From Orbicella franksi (lineage: Eukaryota), in contig OZ116704.1 of the NCBI GenBank assembly GCA_964199315.1, forward strand, positions 26,474,001 through 26,538,000: a DNA stretch of 64,000 bases. The letters are read 5' to 3'. Position numbers and translations under genes: made by a program. Of the stretch, positions 1 through 11,400 are shown piece by piece. A model generated the notes under the pieces. That model saw nothing but the letters and a program-made list of their open reading frames with translations. It made no database searches and had not been told where the DNA came from. The first letter of the stretch is position 1. Each line of letters starts with the position of its first letter.

Positions 1-163
1 CATTGGCGGATCTAGGGTCAGTAGCGACCCAGGGGGCCCACCCGCCCCCCCCCCCTCCCCTATTTTGGGTAAAAAAAAGAAAAAAATCACAGAAGGAAGA
101 AAAGCCGGCAGCGCAAGCAAAACAACCCCCCACCCCTTTAGCTCAAGGTCTGGATCGCCAGTG
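1..163. mobile_element. Short hAT-like MITE
   Basis: Imperfect TIRs CATTGGCGGATCTAG ... CTGGATCGCCAGTG; poly-C interior; left flank outside the window. Confidence 0.65.
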
Positions 164-987
164 GTAACTTGTATTTGCTCTGAGAGTCCATTCTCAGTAC
201 ATGTGAGGCCATGTAAAAGGGAAATCGGGCTCAATGGAAAGAAGGCCTGATTGAGTTACATGAAATGAATGTTTTGGACAAAAAATATACCTCGTACTAT
301 TTAAAGTGGTTGTAACTTAAATTGCAAATGGCAAATGTGTAAAAAAAAACTGACTTACATCTACTTGAAAATAATAATTTGAATTCCGAGATATCTTTTT
401 TAAACTGAATCTGACAAACACAGAAAAAAAAAAACAGCCCAACAGCACAAAAAAATATACTCTGGAGCCAGTAGCCAACATTAAGTTCAGTTGTAAATTA
501 TATTTAGTTGCAATTTATATTTTTTAAACTGGAAGATTGTCTATTAGCAATGAATGAATAGGTCATGCCTTCATTACATGTCCTCATATCACACCTCTGA
601 TGAAGTTTACGGCTCAATGCAACTTGTGTAAACTAAAGAGTACTCTTTACCCAAAACAGTGCTATGCAGGTCATTTGAAGTGTCTGTCAGTTTAAAATTA
701 ATTATTCACTGCAAGTCTTGTGGTCAACAACACAATGATCATGCACTGATATTAACATTTTCTACATTGGATGTTAAATATTTTGCCAAAAACAGTCTCC
801 ACAGCACTTCTACATGTTGACTCGTAGTGATTGTAACTAACTGAATTTAGAATAATCAAGTATGTAGCTGTATACCAGATCATTAATTTTAAACTGGGAT
901 GTTTTGACTCAGATAATTAAATTGTAATAACATTTTGAAATAAAAAGCACATGCGCTATATTGAACACTTGCAAAAAGGTATGTCTA

Positions 988-1260
988 AAAACTTACAGAG
1001 ACAGAGCCTTCTCAGTTGCCGCCCCCAAACTATAGAATGATCTGCCTCTTGAAATCAAGTTAAGTCCATCGGTCGCCGTGTTTAAATCGCGTTTAAAAAC
1101 TCATCTTTTCAGAATTGCTTTTAGATAATTATTTCTATCTTAAAGTTTACACTTAATTTAGTTTAAATTATTATATTTAGTTTTACTTTCATGACTGCAT
1201 GTAAAGCGATATAGCTTGGTCTATACTCGCTATATAAATGAAGTTCTTGTATTATTGTAG
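988..1260 (+). mobile_element. 3' end of an L2/CR1-group LINE (ORF2 C-terminus plus 3'UTR)
   Basis: Translates as KTYRDRAFSVAAPKL*NDLPLEIKLSPSVAVFKSRLKTHLFRIAF*; tail TGTAAAGCG...CGCTATATAAAT...TATTATT. Confidence 0.85.
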
Positions 1261-1989
1261 TAGCTGTTAAAACTTCGGATTGCCATACAGCTTTATAAGT
1301 AGTCGGTTGCATTATAGTATTCTGTTTTGGGATGGCTCCTGGTTTTGGTCCCGTCCATTCTAAATTTGAGGTCGTAAACAGCAGCATGCTGTAGCTTTCC
1401 TTGTTTGACGACCACAGAGTAGGTGGATAAATTTAGTTCTTGGGAAATATAGCAAAGTTGATTCTGGTTGACTCCAAGCTCATAGTCTTTAAAAATACCA
1501 GTTGGTAATTCGGCATTTGCTTCAAACATATTGGCTGGTTCTGGTATAATTTATCTTTGTAGGTACTATGACAATATAAACTTTCTCTTTGTCCTTTTGT
1601 TGAAGATGCCTCCAGATGGGTTGACAGTTATGTGTAAATACATATAAAACACTTATTATTTACTTATGCATAGTCTCCCACTACCACCAACATTCAAAGG
1701 AAAACAAGAGTAAAGAAATGGGAGATTAAAAAAATCAGCCATAGATGACTGAACAATAACATCCAAGAAAAGTAAATTTCTGTTTGAGATAACAATTCAA
1801 GACAGGCAGTGATCACTGTAAATGATATGATATCTTTAATGGAATAGTATCCAAAGTAGGATCCAAAAATCTTGAACATCGGCCAAACAACTGGATGACA
1901 TTCGCACTACAAAAACAAATTAACAAGAGAACATTAAGATATGAAGGGAACAAGCCGAGCCAAAACGTTATACGCTTATCGTGATAAAA

Positions 1990-3158
1990 GAGGGGGACAT
2001 GGCGATATGCGGAGCTGCGGTGTTGATGTTTTTTTAATGCGGTAATGCGGTGAATAATATCTCAACTTGCGGTGCTGCGGTGATCTCAAACCCTACGGTG
2101 TGCGATGTTTGTATTTTTCAAGCTGCAGTGTTCGGTGAAATGAAATTGTTTGCGGTGCTGGAGTTTTTTGATTTGCGTTTCTCAAACCTAAATTTGACCT
2201 AAATTTAGCATGTAAACTTCGTTAATCCATGCTAATTTATGACTAACACGTACCATTGAGGTTGATAATTTGTAACAAAATACAGACCAGCACCTTCTAG
2301 TCAGTCTTCAATATGCTTCGGCAGCCAATCCGAAGCTGTTTTCATTTATACGTAACTTGACAAGTAACTCGACCTCTGCCACCCGGAGCTCAGTGTTCGG
2401 TAGACACGTGTAGGAGCGAGGACAGAAACAATCCTGAAAATTCTGGAAACGCCAAGGCCGAATATAATGTATTATTGACTGCGCAAGTTTTTTCTATGAA
2501 AAAAGGAAAAGGTGGCGAAAACTACCAGTCACAAAATATATTCAGATGTTGCGTGGGCAGGGAAGAAAGAAGGCTTTCTAAGCTAAGGAAGCTTTGTAAA
2601 TTAAAACACGTTTACTATTTTTTCCTTTCGCTATTCAGTTTCGTCTATAGCTCATTCTGATACCGGTCTATACCCGCTCCAAGGTCCTGCGACTTTCTTG
2701 ACCTTCTATTTTTTTCAAACGATTATCGATATCGAACGCAAACGCAGTTAGCTCCGGAAAGCAATACTTTCAGTCAAGATAAGGCTTCAATCAGAGGGTT
2801 TATACACCAAGAAAAGTGAGCGAAGTAAAAGAAGAGAGGGATCTGGGGGTAAAAGCCATCTCTCGAGTCTCCTCTCTTTTTTCTTCGTCCGCTACCTAGT
2901 TTCGCGCAAGGTTTCTTCACAAAGGCAAGAAAACTGATTTACAGGCATCAGCAGTATCGACATGTGCGAAATGAAAGCGTTGTGATGTGTTTATTTTGTG
3001 GAAAACTGTTGAGGTATAAAAGTATTATTTTAAGTGTAGATGAACGAATCATGGCGCTAAAACTACATTGACTTTTCTTGCGGTGATGCGGTGTTCGTTA
3101 ATTTTTCTTGCGGTGTTGCGGTGTTCAGAACCCCCCCCCCCCCCCCGATGTTCCCCTC
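1990..3158. mobile_element. Non-autonomous DNA transposon, 1169 bp, with 6-bp TSD
   Basis: TIR GAGGGG(G/A)ACAT; ATAAAA direct repeat at 1984-1989 and 3159-3164; subterminal TGCGGTG arrays. Confidence 0.8.
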
Positions 3159-5314
3159 ATAAAACAAGGGTAGAAATCACACCATCAACTCCCGAGAAAT
3201 GCCGCGAACATCTGACAAATCAAGGAAAAAGCTCCAACTTTATTAAGCCCGATTTTGACCTTTAAAACGGCGGGATCCACTTGGGTCTGCCGGACTTTTC
3301 TTTAGGTTCAACGATCGAACTAAAGTTTCACACAAAAATAATTCACAATACTGATCCCTGTTACGCCCGGGCTGTAACCCGGCAAACGACCAAAAAAATA
3401 TCCATGTCAAGTCTGCGTCAGAAGCGAACGTTTTTATCATAGCATGATTTCCATTGACTAGTTTTGATGCAAAAAATGCTTAGCTGCACTTGAGACTTGG
3501 CAAATTACTGGCCTAGTTATTACAGGGTCTTAGAGTAGCAGCTTTTCGAAAACGGTTTCCAAAGGAGAACCTTTTGAAAAACCTCCTTTTCTAGTGTGGA
3601 TATGGTGAAAACGGCAAACTTGAGAAATTTGGAGGGGGTTTAAGGCCTCTCGAACAGATAATTTACAGAAATGAACCGTTGGGTACCCTGTGTCTATGGT
3701 TTTTATTTAGACCACACAAGGACGTGCAACTCATTACAAAGTTTCTTTTTTTCGGAACGTTTGAATGGCGGTAATTTGCATGCAATTTTCGGTCAAAATA
3801 ATCTTATCTGGTAATCTTAAAGTACGTCCCGACAGCCTGATAATGAGCTTGTGGTTCACAGAAAAACGCTTTGTTTGATTACGCGAATGGCTAGAGGCGT
3901 CCGTTCAGTCTAAGTTCTGGTCTTTTTCTAAATTGTCTACAGCCAGTGTTAGATCTAAATATTGTTTCAGTTTCATTCTTTCTTTCCTCATTCGTGCATT
4001 TTGCAGTGCTATATTGACTGCACTGAAAGACAAAAATGCTAATCAGTGGCTAGCAAAATCGAAACAGCATGAATATGAAACTTTCTCTTACTTATCAAGT
4101 GTCTAGAAATTTAAAAGCTGTCTTTATACTTAAGCGTTACAGAAGAACTATAGAGTCTCTGTTGGCTCGATCAGATTAGCAGCGGAGATTTTTAATTTGC
4201 AGTCTGTCAAGATTGGCAACGGGACTCCTCTATCTGCCAACACGTTTATTCAGATAAAACAGGAGCATTTCCTAGGCCAAACCTCAGAACGGAAACTGCG
4301 TTTTAACCGCAAATCGGTCATGTCAACAGAACGATTGATACTTTTGGCGAAAGTGCGTACAAAAGGGTGGTAAATTTAATGAACAAAACGACCCTCAAGC
4401 CAAGATTTGTCAAGACAAGAGCAAAGGGCACACCATGAATAGGCTTTCAGAATAAAATCATCCCCGATTTAGTCGTGTTTGATCATTGGGCTAAGAGATT
4501 AAAAAGTTTTCATGAATAAGGATTTTGAAGCCTTGTTGTTAGTCTTTATCTAATTATCATTTTGCAGTGAGGTCGCTGGAGTCATGTAGCGTTTTGGAGG
4601 AATACATGAAACTAGCTGTCTTTAAAGGAGAGTGAATAAATTTAACTTGAACGACGAGATCATAGGAAGGTATTGCGAACGTAAGGCATTTTAGCTCTTA
4701 AAAAAGCCCTGACATAGCTAACAAAGAATTTATTGAATGTAGCGTGCATGCGAAGAATAAGCTGATCGTAGAATAAAGAGTCTGCGTGTTTGACTGGCAG
4801 GTCAGACAAGGAATGAGGTAATAAGTGGGAGCTAGTGAGTATATAGTCGGTTAAATACCTTTGTAACCAAAAGTCACTTGGGGAAAAAAACCGCGCCCGC
4901 AAAGAAAAGAACTATTCCGTAGCTTTAAATTGGATGACTACACTTAAGCATTTCTTCCATGAGCTCTAAACGTTAGAACCAGTCGTTATATGACTGTTAA
5001 GGTTAACTTCAGATGGGAAAGGTTAATTGTCGTGAGAATTTAAAATGAACTGTGTATTTTGATCCCACAATCTTTGTTATCTTGTTGGGACATTCAGTAT
5101 AATCTCGGCTCCATTAATCCCTACTTTTTCCAATTTGCAAATATAATTCGATATAATGTTGCTAAATTTTAAAAACTGAAACTTAACGTAAGCACGCAAC
5201 ATCGAAGTGGGAAAAGGAGGGGCGGTGCGTGTACTAAGGATTTGGATATTGTGCCATTGTATCTAGCGAAAGTGAAACTGACGAAATTAGAACCGAGAGG
5301 CCATCAACTGAAAT

Positions 5315-5413
5315 TAGCCTGTTCAGTCAAGCCCGCCACCCCTCCCCTCAGTCAACCCCCCCCCCCCTTCCTTCACGTTGCTCTCGAAATAGCCGGACAC
5401 CTGAACCAGGCTA
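5315..5413. mobile_element. ~100-bp MITE (TAGCCTG...CAGGCTA family)
   Basis: Inverted termini TAGCCTGTTCAG / CTGAACCAGGCTA. Confidence 0.65.
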
Positions 5414-7628
5414 TCAATATACTCGCAAACTCTCTCTCTTAGCTTTTCTCCACCCCAGTTTCTGCATTCACCTTTGTTTTTGTGCCTCTTAACTTTGTCC
5501 TTGTGATTTAGTGCAGGTCGTGGAATGTTCATAAAAAGAGGCGGAAAGTGACATGTGTCGTAAAGTTGCAACTGATTAATTGGCTTCCAAATAGTACGTG
5601 GTCACAAAAAGCCGTTCGGTTGCGAACAGGTTCCCAACGAGCTCGAAAAAAATAATTCGGCGAGCGAAGCGAGCGGGGTTACTTTTACAAATCAATTATT
5701 ACGTTTGGTTAATCTTCCATGTGGCTTTTCCTTATTCTAAACAATACGGTAGTACTGATGAACGCTTTGATTTTAAACCCAGTGGGAAGTTTCATTGCCA
5801 GTTTAGACTTCTGTACTTCGCGTGCAATTCACGGTGAGCTAGAGAGTGGAACTACTGGAATTAAGCTTAAGTAAATTAGATTACCTCAAATACACAAAGG
5901 AAAAACACATGTTTTCTTTGGTTTTGTGCGGATCAGAACTCTAAAGAAAGAGACATGAAAAGTAACGACGTTTACTGCTGGAGGGTATAGTCAACATGAG
6001 ACAACTGATGGCGTCGATAAAATTTAAAATTAAAATTCAACATATATTTCATTTGCTGCATTATTTCACAGTTGTTGCTAGATTCATTCTTTTGGCGATC
6101 GGAGCAAAGCTCGATGTTTTTGAGATCGAGACGGACTCGAATTCTTCCTCACAAGAAATTCCCGTTGGCAGGGCCACCCGTCCCGAGCTATGTATATTTC
6201 TTGATTACAGTCACAACTTCAATTGTTCTAGTGACAAACGTCCTCACCAAATACTTCCGTTCATATGATAATTCTAGGTTTTCCTTGACCAAATTTCCAT
6301 CTGGAGGTTAGAGATCTATTTTCTTTGTCTGGCATTGCGGAAGCAGCTGCCGCACAAAACATTCCTCCCCGGAAGGGAAGCAAAACAACGCTGCTGAAAC
6401 TTAATTAGTCACTTGTTCAGCCAGCCCTAAAAATAGTTTATTATTTACATGTTCGCCATTCTGCCAGAACAATTCGTCTGTACATATGAGTTCTCGATGG
6501 GCCTTAACCGACTGCTGAGAATATTGGACAAAATTTTAACAGTCGGCTGAGAAATAACGCGATTTTTTTAACAAACAGCTGAGATCTGGTCTGCAACATT
6601 TACTGTTAGCTGCGAAATGGACTGAAACTGTAACTGATAGATGAGAAATCGCAAAAAATTAAACTGAAAACTGAGATTCCATCACACCCATCCACGCCCT
6701 CGACATTTGTAATGCAACTGGCCAATTTTCACACTTTTTTTTTTCTTTTGGGGAAATCTTATCATAAAAAGTATGCGAGTCGCACGAACACAAGAGCAGT
6801 AATCAACAAAAACTTGATGTCACTCAGTGTCAGCAACATGGCATCCTCATTCCAACATTTCCCATAACAGCGAATAATTTGTCCGAAAATCAAGTCATTA
6901 TTTTGGGGTTTCCTCCTATCGACGCAGATTGATCGAGCTTATCGCCGAAAATAGATGTTACATCCTGAGAAAAAAAAGAACATTTTTCAGTTTTTCGATC
7001 ACCTGTTGTTTCGTTTCGGCTGGGTACAGCCATCGAAAAGAAACCCTCCTCTTTCATGCTTTTGCGAGGAGATGCAGAATGGTAACAAAGAGGAAATGCA
7101 ACTTAGAAGCAATCAAGAGGTTCAGAAAAATACTCCAGATGCTGATTGTCGTCACAAATTGACCCGGGCACAAATTATGTAACTTGCTCGGCTAAACTAA
7201 TAGTTCAGATATGGGGCGCCAGCTGAACAGTCCATCAGATATACTGCACCCGCGGTTACTCTCGACTAAAGTGATTCTAAAAAACTGATTTTTTTTCGGA
7301 GCAGTATAAGTCGATCGATTAGCTTACCTTGTTAAAAGGGATGGCTACATATGCAAATATTTTTCTTTTTTTTTTCTTCGACAAATTAGGTGTTTCCTAA
7401 AACACTGATCGGAAATTAAACCGAAACTAACTTGCGATTTGCTCATATTCTTAGAGATTTAGCACGTTTCAGAGAAGCTTAGGAACATGGCTACAATATA
7501 AGAAACACAATCGACCTTGGGACGTAGACCGGCTACAACGCACAGGAAGAGTACAGTATGGAAAACGTGTGTCTAAAAGACCCGTGTTCTTCTATGTAGT
7601 CTGACTTGCATTCCCTTTAGCTATTTCT

Positions 7629-7785
7629 NNNNNNNNNNNNNNNNNNNNNNNNNNNNNNNNNNNNNNNNNNNNNNNNNNNNNNNNNNNNNNNNNNNNNNNN
7701 NNNNNNNNNNNNNNNNNNNNNNNNNNNNNNNNNNNNNNNNNNNNNNNNNNNNNNNNNNNNNNNNNNNNNNNNNNNNNNNNNNNNN
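7629..7785. other. Assembly gap
   Basis: Run of N. Confidence 1.
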
Positions 7786-8019
7786 TTCAACTCTTAGTGT
7801 CATAAATAAAAGCAAATTAGAACAGATGCCGGCGGATCTTTTGAGAAATTTGCTCCATGTGCAGTAGCGGTTCTTCCTATATTGCTAATAGCATTTTTGG
7901 AACGAGAACATTACCTTCTTCCGTAATCTAATATCGATTGTAAAACTGACGAACGTACAAAATCATAAATGTTCCCAGGTATATTCGATATTCAAAGTTG
8001 TCTATTTACTATTTCCGTC

Positions 8020-8110
8020 ACTCGCTTCCCGCCCTCGTGTCGCAAAACCGGAAAAGATAGTGCTGTCAAAAAATCCCAACCAGCCAATCAGAATTCAACA
8101 TTGAGTCACA
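8020..8110. promoter_or_regulatory. Probable RasGAP promoter
   Basis: CpG-rich; TTCCCGCC (E2F-like), ACCGGAA (ETS-like), AGCCAATCAG (CCAAT box, ~8082), TGAGTCA (AP-1, 8102), ~300 bp upstream of the ATG. Confidence 0.5.
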
Positions 8111-8399
8111 TGTAAAAACAGAACCAAACCATGCGAACATCCTGTCGAGCGGAAGCGATATGCGCGATCACACTGCTACTCTAGGTACACAGTGAGTAAG
8201 TTCTAAACATTTTCCTTCAGGAAACGGTCTTGAGGGCATGTCCTCGATAAAATTCCAGCGCAGTGGTGCAAGATTTCTCAATGATGCGTAGTTGTTCGGG
8301 GTGGTTTTGCCGCGCTGACCTTGTTTCGTCCGTGTTTTCACCTCAATCATCAAGACAGGAAACTTCACGTGAATTTCGTTCCATTCAATTCGCTACCTC

Positions 8400-8460
8400 A
8401 TGGCTGCCGTAGACGATGAATCACTTTTGATGGAAGAGGAAAAACTGCAGCATAATTCAA
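8400..8460 (+). CDS. RasGAP exon 1 ([20 protein letters not shown])
   Basis: ATG 8400; donor GTACGG at 8461, phase 1; in frame with TAG acceptor at 8589. An alternative first exon is possible (see findings). Confidence 0.65.
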
Positions 8461-11400
8461 GTACGGAACAATTGTTTAATTCAACATGGCTTCTTTGCGG
8501 TCTTCTCTATTATCCCACTTGGTTTGTACATCTGATTAATTTGTGAAAACGCTTGGTGCATGTGTGTTAAGTGAAGTTGTCGATTCTAGTCCACAGGCAG
8601 TTAAAAGTTCTAAAAGACAAGATTTCGGACTTGAGCAAAACAAACTATGAATTGGAAAGGGAGGTTCGCTTCTTCGATCAGCGTATTGGACTTCTTATTA
8701 ACCACAAGAAGGCTGTGGAAGTAAGTTATCGCAATTAGACGTGTGTTTGTAATGGTATGGGTCTGTCACTGTCATTGAACGTTAGTCGTCGATTGTACCG
8801 CGCTTACTCGCGTTCTTTCGATTCTCTTCCGTAGGAATTGGCAGATTTTTCTATTGAAGGAGAGCGAACCTTGAAAGTCGGTAAGGCGATATTACATCTC
8901 TAATACACGTATGAATATTTTATTTTAATGGAATATTATTAAATGATTGTTTTGCGAGCGGAATCGTGACTCCTCGTGAACATTTGAGTGGAGTCCTTGT
9001 CTGCCAGCAGCCAATCCAGTACTAATCTTGCCTGTCGTGACCTTTGCCATAAGCTAATCATCCGCGGCAGTCGTGAAGGATTTTAAATTCTAAGCTTATG
9101 TCGCACATCCTTTAACAATTTTATCCTTAATGGTAATTGCTTGAAGAATGCAGTGAATTTCCTTTGCGCGCCCTACGACATCATGAACGGCTGAAAACCT
9201 TTGTAAATCAATTTGCTATGTGACGTTTCTTTCATACTGCGTTGATTTATGCTCTTTTATTAACAACTATCTACCCGTTAGACTATTTTTTGTTGGAATT
9301 TACCATGCAGAAATTTATATACTTTTTGTTTACTAGGAAATTTTTGAGGGAGTTCTTCTTTTAAATAAACACCTAGGCAAGTCGGCAGGGGTGTAGAGAT
9401 GTGACCTCTTCAGTATCATAACAAATTCCTAGGTAATAGTCGTGGGAACTTGAATCAAACAACTGCAATACTTGTAAGAATTATAGAACATTTACCAGGT
9501 TATGCGTTTGATCCAATTTCTGATGTCTGCAACCCTTAAAATATTCCATGGGGTCACAGGACCTCTCTGCGTGAGGTGTGGTTATTACCCCTGCAGATTA
9601 GGGTAGCTTGGTTATAGACACTGCACAGGTGTGCAGCAGACAGGATAGGTTCTGCTTGAAGGAGCTAAGTAAACTCCCATGGCCATCAAACCAGATTTTC
9701 TTTCCCACACAATTTTGCAGTGCTTGTGTTGACAGTCAAGCAAATTGCAAATTTAATTCATGTAGTGTACATTAGCCCTGTGGGGATCATGTAACTCAGT
9801 CTTATAAAACAGTGTACTGAGAAATTTCAGTCAGTAGTTAGTTGTCTGTTTTGTATTTCAGTCTTTTCTCTCTTATGAAGTTGTTCCACCTCAAGAACAC
9901 AACAATTCAAAACTGCTCGTTTTGACAAGTTCCAGTTTCAATTTGACAACATCCTGTTTACCTTTTTCATGTAGAAACTGAAGTAATATTGCTTCATTTG
10001 AGGAGAAGTAATAAGAGGAGGGAAGTAATTGTCAACTAAAATTAGTAAATAACATGTTGAGTTCACTTCGCTAAACTTGCAACTACGTGTATGCTTCAAA
10101 ATTGAAAATGCAAACCACAACTTGCGGAGTAGTTTTGAATTTTAGGGGGGAAAATCCAGTTTGGTGGATAAAGTTGAAGATCACTTTTACATTTTGTGAG
10201 AAGAACTTAAACCTGGAGCAAAATCTTCTGCCCACCTCCGAGGATTATCCCCTGAATTGCCTCATCATCACAACATTTAGGATATGGGCTATACCTCTGG
10301 AGGTCCCCCTCCTAGCTCTCCAATTCCCTGGCCTTGGTTTCTAGTGTTGCCATAATTTTACTTGTTGTGTGGTACCAGAAAATATTGTTACCCAACTGCT
10401 GTACAGTTATTATGGGGTCACTTGAAATTCTGAAGGGGGTTGGTAGCAGGGAGGGGGGTGGGACAAGGATGTCCAAAACCAGCTAAACTGGAAATTCCAT
10501 AGTATAGTAGTGAGCACAGGGTGTCAAACTACGTCGTACAGGGGGGGGCGGGCGGTCTCTGGCACGGTTCACGAACAGGAAAAATAGAGGATCATGGATT
10601 ACAGATGTAAAAATTTAGTTTTTCCAAATCACGAAATAGGCAAATAAGATATTCTTTTTAATGACCTGTTCTTACACTAGAGAGAGTGTTTGAAGAAAGC
10701 AAAATTGTGAAAGGATGAGTCAAAGCTCCATATTGCAAAGTCACTCTTGACAAACGACTCTAACCATTTGGAGGGCTTGTGTCTCAAAATAACATAGAAT
10801 AGAGTGGTGAAGTTACAAATATCAGTGAATAATTTAAGTTCTTCATGGGTCATGGAAAACCTTCAGGTCACAGATCACGAAGAATAATTTCCTAAATTTG
10901 CATTTCACAGAAAATAATATCAGCTAATCATGCATCACGAACGAGAATACCCTTGTTCAACCCTCATGAAGGAGTATGGATATTTGAGATTTGGAGCAAC
11001 TGATTCCTTTCAGGTCATTGTCAATGATGAAACAACTGACACAGTTAGTTCCTGGGGATCAAGGCAATAAGTTCAACTTGCAGATTTAAGAGAACTACTT
11101 CAGTTGAAAATTATGGAAACAGAATTTTGGGAAACAACAATTTTAATCACATTTATAAATTTGGCAAATTGAATTAAAATTCTATAGGTTCATAAAGAAG
11201 ATTTTGAAACCTGATTGGAAATTTTAACTCTTTTCCTTATCTTTTATCATTACCATTCTCAAGTAAATATATTTTTCTCCTTTCAGAGATAATAGACAAT
11301 GACACACAGCAAGAGGTATGTTTAAATGTTTATTAATGTAGGGGCTGGGAGTGGTTACTCTATTTAAATAGATTTTTGGCTTTGGTCAGTCAAGGTTTCT

